In this document: one piece after another, positions 39,336-46,672 of the stretch
Layout of the letters: every line of letters begins with the position of its first letter
Position numbering within the stretch: the stretch's first letter is position 1
Assembly: GCA_040878115.1 (NCBI GenBank)
Contig: JBBDMV010000108.1
Location: 3,118 to 67,117, forward strand
DNA: 64,000 bases
Direction of reading: 5' to 3'
Origin: Balneolales bacterium
GTDB lineage: Bacteria; Bacteroidota; Rhodothermia; Balneolales; Natronogracilivirgulaceae
The notes under the pieces: generated by a model
Database searches by the model: none
Told to the model about the DNA's origin: nothing
Seen by the model: the letters and a program-made list of their open reading frames with translations, nothing else
Translations under genes and position numbers: made by a program

Positions 39336-39662
39336 TATACCCATCTATCGCGGATTTGGCATAGCAGCATGGGCCCATTCTCTTTACAACCTGATGCTTC
39401 TTTTAGTCCGGAGTTAAATTAAACTTTGCGTAGCGATTAGCAGCGCCTGCTCGCCGGAAATATTTATTAAAATACTGTAACGCCTTGTTATATAGGCGAA
39501 TTAGTTTGCAGCTTTTCGTGTTTATTTGATGATATTAATTAGCGCTGCGCTCAGATATAACTATATTAAAGAGCAGGCAAAAAAAACTGCGTATTTAATA
39601 ACAAGAGAGAAAAAAGCATCATTCAAATGGGTGCAAAACGCTATTTTAATATGGGGATAAGG

Positions 39663-40244
39663 ATGACTGAACTAAATTTAGAGGAGGTTCAGAAGCAAGA
39701 CGATTTTAGGATGGAGATTATTCCGCATCTGGATGCAATTTATAATTTCGCTCTGCGATTAACTTCGGACCCGAATGACGCCGAAGATCTTGTTCAGGAT
39801 ACAATCGTCAAAGCATTTAGGTTTTTTAGCAGTTATGAAAAAGGCACCAATGCCAAGGCATGGTTATTCCGGATCCTTAAAAACTCCTATATCAACAATT
39901 ACCGAAAGCAGTCTAAGCAACCACATCAAGTTGACTACAACGATATAGCCGCTTACTATGAATCCATACGAAGCGAACAATCGGATACTACCGATATGGA
40001 GAACATCCTATACCGGAATTTACTTGATGACGACGTAACCAATGCCCTGTCAATTTTGCCGGATGAATTTCGTACCGTTGTTTTACTTTGTGATATCGAA
40101 GGGTTTACCTATGAAGAAATCGCTAACATGGTAGATGTGCCTATTGGTACGATACGTTCGAGGCTGCATCGGGGACGAAACCTACTAAGAGGACAGCTTA
40201 TCGAATATGCTGTCAAACGTGGTTACGACAGTACACGTCATTAA
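39663..40244 (+). CDS. ECF-type RNA polymerase sigma-70 factor
   Basis: Region 2 (DAEDLVQDTIVKAFRFF, WLFRILKNSYINNYR) and region 4 (FTYEEIANMVDVPIGTIRSRLHRGR). The start is ambiguous among 39627, 39651 and 39663. Confidence 0.88.
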   Translation: MTELNLEEVQKQDDFRMEIIPHLDAIYNFALRLTSDPNDAEDLVQDTIVKAFRFFSSYEKGTNAKAWLFRILKNSYINNYRKQSKQPHQVDYNDIAAYYESIRSEQSDTTDMENILYRNLLDDDVTNALSILPDEFRTVVLLCDIEGFTYEEIANMVDVPIGTIRSRLHRGRNLLRGQLIEYAVKRGYDSTRH

Positions 40245-40252
40245 ATAAAAAA

Positions 40253-40611
40253 AGCGGGTTGCCTGTAAGCCGAATTCTGTATTCCGGAACAAGCCGGAAT
40301 GGTAATCATTTATCTAAGATTATCGTCACCGATAACCTTATGCGGTCTACCCGGCAGTATCGTGACAAGCTACACACTGCCTTACTTGACCTTGCACCCC
40401 GTGAGGTTTACCATGCACCATTTCGTCACCGAAACGGACGGTGAGCTCTTACCTCGCCATTTCACCCTTACCTTGATCTGAACAAGGCGGTATATTTTCT
40501 GTTGCACTTTCTGTCTCCGAAAAATCGGGGCCTTCCTGTTAGGAAGCACGGCGCTTGTAGGTGTTCGGACTTTCCTCTCCAAAAATGGAGCGATTACCCG
40601 ACAACCCTGCT
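40253..40611 (-). ncRNA. rnpB: RNase P RNA, bacterial type A
   Basis: The minus strand reads GGAGAGGAAAGUCCGAACAC (P4 5' strand) and GGGUGAAAUGGCGAGGUAAGAGCUCAC. It also reads GGUAAACCUCACGGGGUGCAAGGUCAAGUAAGG and AUACAGAAUUCGGCUUACAGGC (P4 3' strand). P1 forms between AGC(A)GGGUUG and CAACCCGCU. Length is about 359 nt and the ends are approximate. Confidence 0.93.
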
Positions 40612-40715
40612 TTTTTCATTTTAACGAATTAATATAAACCTATTGCATATCTGTGATCAAGCCCAGAGAAAACCTGATAAATACTACCTAAAGATTATCC
40701 TGCCTAAGGTTTTAC

Positions 40716-41498
40716 CTATTTTGAACTAAAAGCCTTTTTTGCTTCTGTAAAAAACGATGGGTCAACTACAATTCGCCCACTGTTCTCATCAATAATGATC
40801 TTATTCATACGCCGAACATCAACCTGGACCTGCGGAGGCAGCATCATACCCATACTGGAGCCTTTTTCCATTGCAACTACAGCTATATTGTTATTAAGGC
40901 CTTCCCTAAGGCGTTCATAGCTTTTTAGGTACCGTGAAGATATTTCTTTAGCAGCCTTATCGCGCTTTTTTAGCAGTGTTTTTTCCTCGCTTTTGGTACT
41001 TTCCACTAACTTATCCAGGTTGTCTTTCATTTCCTGAAGCACTTCAGCCGTTTTAACCTGCTTTTCTTCGAACTCCACCAGACTTTTATCCAGCTCATCA
41101 GATATTAATGCTATTTCCTCAATACGAGTTTTAGCATTTTCTACAGCTTGGTTCTGAGATTCGATCTCTTTGGTAAGAGCATCATATTCGCGATTGTTAC
41201 GAACAGTCAATTGTTGCTCTTCGTATTTTTTTACAATAGCTTCGGAATCTTTAATCTCTGTTTCAAGTTGAGAATGCTCAAGTTTTAACTCTTTTTGCTC
41301 GGCTTTAGTCCTGTTGACTCGTGCATTAAGTCTGGCGAGATCTGTTTCTACGTCTAGAATATCCTCCGGCAAGTCACCTCTGAGCCGGGTAAGTTCATCA
41401 ATTCGCGAATCGATGAATTGCAGATTAGCCAGACTCTGCAGGATCTCTTGTACGCTATTGCTACTTTGGTCCGTTTTGTTCTTTGTTTCTGTAGTCAT
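40716..41498 (-). CDS. COG1579-type coiled-coil protein with degenerate (Cys-less) C-terminal zinc-ribbon region
   Basis: 260 aa with a long coiled coil. It has the usual position downstream of, and overlapping by 4 nt, the Nif3-like gene. The C-terminus is AVVAMEKGSSMGMMLPPQVQVDVRRMNKIIIDENSGRIVV. Confidence 0.75.
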   Translation of the reverse strand: MTTETKNKTDQSSNSVQEILQSLANLQFIDSRIDELTRLRGDLPEDILDVETDLARLNARVNRTKAEQKELKLEHSQLETEIKDSEAIVKKYEEQQLTVRNNREYDALTKEIESQNQAVENAKTRIEEIALISDELDKSLVEFEEKQVKTAEVLQEMKDNLDKLVESTKSEEKTLLKKRDKAAKEISSRYLKSYERLREGLNNNIAVVAMEKGSSMGMMLPPQVQVDVRRMNKIIIDENSGRIVVDPSFFTEAKKAFSSK

Positions 41499-42289
41499 TT
41501 ATAGGTTTGTATTGGGTTTGTATTAACGCTTGTTGATTCTACAATCAATTCAGGAAACTTAGTCCTCAAGACATCTCGCATGATATTAATAATAGGGGAT
41601 TCACTCTCATAATGCCCCACGTCCAGAAGCATGAAATCAGTCTTTCCTGTAAAGAAATCGTGGTATTTGATATCAGAGGTTATATAAGCATCTGCTCCCA
41701 AAGTCATAGCACTTTGTGCCAGGGAAAATCCAGATCCGCCGCATACAGCAACTTTACCAATGGATCCCCGACTGCCTGAATAACGAATAACATCGCAATT
41801 TAATTTTATCTTAACATGTTCGAGGAAGTCTGATTCCCCAAGTTTAGTATCAAATTCGCCGATCACACCAAGACCATGGGGTATGGGCCCGTTCTCTTCC
41901 CGGGTTAAAAAGGTGTTCTTTTTAAGGCTAAGCTGGCTGGCCATCACAAAAGAGACACCGCCGCGGGCGGCATCGAGATTAGTGTGAACAGCCAGAACGG
42001 CAATGTCATTGGAAATAAGTTTGTAGAGGACCTTCCCTATATCGTTATCCGGGTTTATTCTGCTTAGCTTTTTAAATATGACCGGATGATGGGCAACGAT
42101 AAGATCGCACTTCAGGTCAAGTGCTTCATCAACAACATCTTCAGTAACATCAAGACAGGTGAGGACTTTTTTGACAGGCTTATTTTTACTTCCGGTGAGT
42201 AGACCTATGTTATCGTAGTCTAGCTTCGTACTTTCGGGTGCCCAATTATCAAAAAAGGCAGAAATATGACCGGCCGTATATGTTGTCAT
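41495..42289 (-). CDS. Nif3-like dinuclear metal center protein (GTP cyclohydrolase 1 type 2 homolog)
   Basis: DYDNIGLL, LIVAHHPVIF, HTNLD, GHYESE motifs. Confidence 0.9.
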   Translation of the reverse strand: MTTYTAGHISAFFDNWAPESTKLDYDNIGLLTGSKNKPVKKVLTCLDVTEDVVDEALDLKCDLIVAHHPVIFKKLSRINPDNDIGKVLYKLISNDIAVLAVHTNLDAARGGVSFVMASQLSLKKNTFLTREENGPIPHGLGVIGEFDTKLGESDFLEHVKIKLNCDVIRYSGSRGSIGKVAVCGGSGFSLAQSAMTLGADAYITSDIKYHDFFTGKTDFMLLDVGHYESESPIINIMRDVLRTKFPELIVESTSVNTNPIQTYK

Positions 42290-42524
42290 TCCTTAGGGTG
42301 GCCTCCCTGCCGCCTGTATGTAGCCCCAGGAGGCAATCCGAAATGATCATGTAGTGGTAAAAAATCCAAAAATACCATTCTGAAGCAAAAGAAAGATCAG
42401 GATTACCTTAAATTAATTAGAACAGTAAAATAAACTTTTTCTGTTCAAACTAAAAGTATAATTTTGTAGGGTAACTTCTTATCTCTTTTGTATTAAATAT
42501 AAAATCGAAGTAATTTATTAGTAC

Positions 42525-43208
42525 ATGCAAATTTATGACAATATTAGAAATATCAGGGAAAGAATTAAACTCACTTGTGAACACTCAGGGCGAGACCCTG
42601 AAGAAATAACGCTGATTGCCGTCAGCAAAACAAAGCCTGTGGAAGCCATACAACAAGCCGTTGACTGCGGAGAACGCCATTTTGGTGAGAATAAGGTTCA
42701 GGAACTTATCAGTAAAATGGAGAAATTTGGAGATGGCCCGCATTGGCATATGATAGGGGCACTTCAAACCAACAAGATCAAATACCTGGTTCATCGCGTA
42801 AACTGGATTCATTCTATTGGAAAGCTGAAACAACTTAAAGAAGTAGAAAAAAGGGCCGGCGCCATTGAAAGGGCCGTCAATGTGCTGATCCAAATAAATA
42901 TCAGCGCTGAAGACCAGAAAAGTGGATTTGCACCGGATGACCTGAAAGAGGTTTTAACCTATGCTCAAACGTTAAAGTGGGCCAGGGTGCAGGGCCTGAT
43001 GGGTATGGCGTCTTTCACCGAAGATGTGGAAGTTATACGGCCCGAGTTTAAACTTCTCAGAGAGCTGAGAGATACGCACAAAAAACTGGAAACTGAAAAC
43101 GTAAAGATGCACCATCTTTCCATGGGGATGACCAATGATCTCGAAACGGCCATTGAAGAAGGTTCTACTATGGTTCGCATAGGGACTGCCATATTCGGGG
43201 GCCGGTAA
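42525..43208 (+). CDS. yggS: YggS-family pyridoxal-phosphate homeostasis protein
   Basis: LIAVSKTKP (PLP lysine), HFGENKVQE, HMIGALQTNK, MGMTND, VRIGTAIFG. Confidence 0.92.
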   Translation: MQIYDNIRNIRERIKLTCEHSGRDPEEITLIAVSKTKPVEAIQQAVDCGERHFGENKVQELISKMEKFGDGPHWHMIGALQTNKIKYLVHRVNWIHSIGKLKQLKEVEKRAGAIERAVNVLIQINISAEDQKSGFAPDDLKEVLTYAQTLKWARVQGLMGMASFTEDVEVIRPEFKLLRELRDTHKKLETENVKMHHLSMGMTNDLETAIEEGSTMVRIGTAIFGGR

Positions 43209-43380
43209 ATTTGATGAACCACAACGTGCACAACGGACGCAAAGTAGAGAATATTTAACATCATTGTGACCTTCGTGCCCTTTGTGGTTTCATTTCTTTC
43301 ATATATAAGCTTGAAAATGAACCGTACGTACAATACATTGAAGTAAAATAGCCAAACCACCTGAAAAAACCCCATTTCCA

Positions 43381-44022
43381 ATGAACCTGACGGCTCTCGA
43401 AATCAAGCAACAAACTTTTGAAAAATCCCTTCGCGGCTTCGATGTAACAGAGGTTAAAAGCTTTCTAAACCTTGTTTCAAGTGAATGGGAGCATTTTGTG
43501 TCAAAAATGAAAGACCAGGAAACCGAAATAAGCAGGTTGAAAGATAAGATCAAGCATTACGAAAAGGTTGAAGAAGCACTACATGAAACCCTGCAGTCTG
43601 CCAAGGCATCAGCCGCCCAGCTTTTAAAAAGTGCCAATGTGGAATCGGAAACGAAAATCCAGAAAGCCGAACTGGAGGCCGAAAAGATCATTCAGACTGC
43701 ACAAGACCAACGCCGTGAAATCCGCATGGAAACCATCAATTTGCTTGACCGGCGTAAAGAAATGGTCCGGGGGATCAAATCCTATCTCGCTATGGCCGGA
43801 GAATCACTGGATTCCTTTGCGGAGGATGAATCATCAATATATAAGGCCCCCAAAGTTATCGATGAACCTGCGCCAAAAGCAGATCATAAAATAAGCAGTT
43901 CTGATGACGATAAAGCAAATAATGAAGAAACCCCCGTAAAGTCGGCTGAGGAAGACAGAAAGGTAAAGTATTTCTCAACCGATCCCGACGATATGGATGA
44001 CCTGCTTGATGAAATAGATTGA
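43381..44022 (+). CDS. DivIVA-domain protein
   Basis: LTALEIKQQTFEKSLRGFDVTEVKSFL N-terminal DivIVA signature, then a coiled coil and an acidic tail. Confidence 0.85.
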   Translation: MNLTALEIKQQTFEKSLRGFDVTEVKSFLNLVSSEWEHFVSKMKDQETEISRLKDKIKHYEKVEEALHETLQSAKASAAQLLKSANVESETKIQKAELEAEKIIQTAQDQRREIRMETINLLDRRKEMVRGIKSYLAMAGESLDSFAEDESSIYKAPKVIDEPAPKADHKISSSDDDKANNEETPVKSAEEDRKVKYFSTDPDDMDDLLDEID

Positions 44023-44078
44023 AGGACCAATGGGTGATATTATAGCGTAAGCATAAGTATCCCTAAAGCCCGTCAAGT

Positions 44079-44103
44079 AGCCTTAATTATTTAGGCTTTT
44101 TTC
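44079..44103 (+). terminator. hairpin plus T-run after the DivIVA gene (first copy of a repeated 17-mer)
   Basis: gccttaattatttaggc (44080-44096) folds as GCCT(T)AA/TT(T)AGGC and is followed by tttttt. Confidence 0.6.
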
Positions 44104-44218
44104 TATAATAAACGCATTTATCGAAAATCCCCACCACCAAAACCTCTCCGTTATGCCTCGTTAATTAGCGGCTGGAAATTGTATTTTCAGCCCTTATTTT
44201 AACCTGCACTTTTGCACC

Positions 44219-44303
44219 GACCTTGGCCGTACCTCGTCCGTACCAACTCCCGGAAAACCGTTACCCTCTTGTTGCGTGTGTAGGACCAGTTCAGGCCAAG
44301 GTC
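44219..44303. other. 85-nt element closed by a perfect 10-bp stem
   Basis: gaccttggcc (44219-44228) is the exact reverse complement of ggccaaggtc (44294-44303). The 65-nt interior contains a direct ccgtacc duplication. Confidence 0.5.
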
Positions 44304-44355
44304 AAGCCGAGTTTCAGGGGGCATATTTTGGTTGCTGTTGGATGCCTGAGAAAGC

Positions 44356-44372
44356 GCCTTAATTGTTTAGGC
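44356..44372 (+). repeat. second copy of the 17-nt hairpin motif GCCTTAATTRTTTAGGC
   Basis: gccttaattgtttaggc differs at one base from the copy at 44080-44096. Confidence 0.6.
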
Positions 44373-44419
44373 ATATATTATGAATTGACGAGGATTTTAC
44401 GCACAATCAGGCTAATATC

Positions 44420-44489
44420 CCGGCCCTACGGGCCGGTGGTTTGGGTGCGATAATATTTTTTTCTACAAACATTTTGCCCCTATTGGGGC
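44420..44489. repeat. left cluster: GC hairpin, TTCTACAAACATTT box, second GC hairpin
   Basis: ccggccc-tac-gggccgg at 44420-44436, ttctacaaacattt at 44461-44474, gcccc-tatt-ggggc at 44476-44489. Confidence 0.6.
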
Positions 44490-44579
44490 TGGTTGATCAT
44501 CATACGCATAATATTTATTCATCTCGTTTATCGGACTAATATGTTTAAGCCATCAATACAAATATTATGCTATGTGGGC

Positions 44580-44642
44580 GGGCCGATCTATTTGTAGGCC
44601 CGATTCGCCGCCACCGGCCATCGGGCTGAAATGTTTGTAGAA
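44580..44642. repeat. right cluster: two tandem GGGCYGAnnTnTTTGTAG units plus GC hairpin, inverted relative to the left cluster
   Basis: gggccgatctatttgtag at 44580-44597 and gggctgaaatgtttgtag at 44623-44640 match at 14 of 18 positions. The hairpin is gcccgat...atcgggc at 44598-44626. aaatgtttgtagaa at 44629-44642 is the exact reverse complement of 44461-44474. ccaccggcc at 44611-44619 is the reverse complement of 44431-44439. Confidence 0.6.
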
Positions 44643-44792
44643 GCTGGAGGCTAATTGATCATTTATAAGGTTGATAAAAACAGCCAGGGAATTGGAGTAA
44701 AGTTTATTAAAATTGTTAAATTTTCATTACCTTTTAGCCACAGGAACAAGTTTATTACTGTTAGTTGCAAAACGCCTGGATATCGAATAATC

Positions 44793-45629
44793 ATGATCAT
44801 AGAAACTGTCGGCGAATCTCGCATAAAGCGAAAGAAGGCACTGGATTACATCCAGAAAAAAACCAGTTGCAGGCCAGAATATTTAATCATTCTCGGTACT
44901 GGTTTAGGTCGCCTGGCAGACCAGATCGATGTTGAAGTGAGCATCTCTTATGCTGATATCCCATATTTCCCTACTTCAACAGTTGAAAGTCATGCAGGAC
45001 GCTTGCTATTCGGAAAGCTGGGTGGGAAGAATATTGTAGCCATGCAGGGCCGTTTTCATTACTATGAAGGCTACAGCATGCAACAAATTGCATTTCCGGT
45101 ACGTGTACTTAAAACAAATGGTGCAAATACTTTATTGGTTTCCAATGCATGCGGGGGGGTGAACCCCAACTACCGCAGAGGAGATATCATGTGCATAGTT
45201 GATCACATTAACCTTTTGGGAGATAACCCGCTGTTGGGCCCTAATGATGAAGAACTTGGTGCGCGTTTTCCTGATATGAGCGAACCCTACTCAGCCGATC
45301 TCATCAGGCATGCCGAAGAGGCTGCACTGGAAAATGGAATTAGAATGCATGAAGGTGTTTATGCATCGGTGCCCGGCCCGATGCTTGAAACCCGGGCAGA
45401 ATATCGCTATTTACGGTACATAGGTAGTGATGTTGTGGGGATGAGTACGATACCAGAGGTTATTTCTGCAGTACATATGAATATGAAAGTACTTGGCATA
45501 TCGGTGATTACAGATGAATGTTTCCCGGATGCTTTGGAAAAGGTGAATATAAAAGATATCCTTGAGGCGGCAGATTTGGCTGAGCCAAAAATGACAAAAG
45601 TGATGACCAATGTTTTAGAAAGGCTTTGA
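44793..45629 (+). CDS. purine nucleoside phosphorylase (PNP family 2, inosine/guanosine type)
   Basis: ILGTGLG, HAGRLLFGKLGGK, MQGRFHYYEG, VGMSTIPEV motifs. I prefer the ATG at 44793 (MIIETVGES), because the 46-aa track extension from 44655 is AT-rich with no homology. Confidence 0.9.
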   Translation: MIIETVGESRIKRKKALDYIQKKTSCRPEYLIILGTGLGRLADQIDVEVSISYADIPYFPTSTVESHAGRLLFGKLGGKNIVAMQGRFHYYEGYSMQQIAFPVRVLKTNGANTLLVSNACGGVNPNYRRGDIMCIVDHINLLGDNPLLGPNDEELGARFPDMSEPYSADLIRHAEEAALENGIRMHEGVYASVPGPMLETRAEYRYLRYIGSDVVGMSTIPEVISAVHMNMKVLGISVITDECFPDALEKVNIKDILEAADLAEPKMTKVMTNVLERL

Positions 45630-45738
45630 CATGGGGAAAGGCCCGGTACAAGATCGAAATATTCAACTTTTCCTGACGTTTTGAATGGGAACGAATATAA
45701 CAAGTTCCAAATATTAAAAATAAACACTTGGCGCTATA

Positions 45739-46527
45739 ATGATGTTCAATAAAGATGATGAAATCTGGGATGAATTCCAGTGGGAAGTTCATCTTAAAGA
45801 AATGGAACAACGCAACGAACAATTGCGGGAATTCTTTACATCCGGAATGCCGGATGACAAACCACGCTGGCTCAGGTTGTTAAATGAGTATAACTCGAAG
45901 CTGGATGTGATGAATGCCTATATTGAGGAAGAACTGCTCATTGAGGAATCTTATTTTCCTGATGATGAAGATTGGGAGGAAGAAGATGATGATGATTCCG
46001 ATCCTTTCTTTTCGATGTTTGATGAAGATGATGATTTTGACGACTGGGAAGATTTCTTTGATGATGACGGCGAGGAAGATGAATTTGCAGATGATGATGG
46101 GGAAGAGTGGAAGCAACTCTCTGAAGACTTCACTATGTCCGATTTCGGGGCTATAGAAAACCTGAGCGTTTATCTGGAAGCACGAAGCGTTGGGGCAGAT
46201 CTGTTGAAGTTAGCTGAAACAGAACCGCATTATTTTGAAGACAAAAGTTTTACTAATTTTATTTCCAATTCATTGCTTATTAGTGCCAAGTTGGCGGTAG
46301 GCTATTCTTTCGGTTTTGAAGTTGATGTAATGGGAGCTAACATTGCTTATTGCAAGAAGGCCCTGGGCTTTGCCAATGCCTCGCTGGAAATGCTTCAGGA
46401 GATGAAAGAAAGTAAGCTTATGCAGCATTCCAAATATATTGAAACACATCAAAGGCTCTTTGAATTGAGGAACGACATCGGCATTTACGTTCAGGATTTG
46501 CGCGAACGCTTTGAAAGCCAACTTTAA
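45739..46527 (+). CDS. hypothetical protein with extremely acidic central segment
   Basis: 262 aa. The central part is about 70 residues of D/E/F/W low complexity (DDEDWEEEDDDDSDPFFSMFDEDDDFDDWEDFFDDDGEEDEFADDDGEEW), flanked by helical regions. No family recognised. Confidence 0.6.
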   Translation: MMFNKDDEIWDEFQWEVHLKEMEQRNEQLREFFTSGMPDDKPRWLRLLNEYNSKLDVMNAYIEEELLIEESYFPDDEDWEEEDDDDSDPFFSMFDEDDDFDDWEDFFDDDGEEDEFADDDGEEWKQLSEDFTMSDFGAIENLSVYLEARSVGADLLKLAETEPHYFEDKSFTNFISNSLLISAKLAVGYSFGFEVDVMGANIAYCKKALGFANASLEMLQEMKESKLMQHSKYIETHQRLFELRNDIGIYVQDLRERFESQL

Positions 46528-46672
46528 AAGAAGAGAATACAGAAAAGAATAAATTACACAACCATTACAGGCCATTGTTTGGCTTAAACCAGAGTTTGGT
46601 GAAATTACGCAGCTTTGGGTTTAATTTGGTACCTTTACGCTTTCAAAATTTTCACCTATATAAGTTCTGGAT

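Noticed and set aside
40259-40582. Three track ORFs (40259-40444 +, 40299-40481 +, 40382-40582 -)
   Set aside because: They lie entirely within the RNase P RNA gene. They are open frames by chance in a structured RNA.
44314-44440. TPP-riboswitch-like GGGGCAU...AUGCCUGAGA segment
   Set aside because: Only the CUGAGA box and one stem fit. The ACCC pairing partner and the CUGAUCUGGAUAAUGCCAGCG pyrophosphate-sensor helix are absent. The downstream gene (PNP) is unrelated to thiamine.
44223-44453. 76-aa TTG-initiated ORF in the long spacer
   Set aside because: Non-ATG start, no recognisable domain, R/P/V-rich composition typical of GC-hairpin DNA read as protein, and it overlaps several stem-loops.
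44455-44490. Purine-riboswitch-like UUUCUAC box upstream of the PNP gene
   Set aside because: The P2 loop (AUAUGG), the CCGUAAAU P3 loop and the closing ACUA are missing. The resemblance is limited to seven bases.
44655-44792. 46-codon N-terminal extension of the PNP ORF
   Set aside because: AT-rich and not part of PNP-family sequences. The ATG at 44793 gives a canonical 279-aa protein.
45950-46115. GAT/GAA-rich low-complexity DNA and the overlapping antisense and alternative-frame ORFs (45880-46116 -, 45914-46156 +, 45951-46133 -)
   Set aside because: This is a coding acidic tract of the 262-aa protein. The other frames are artefacts of the low-complexity sequence.
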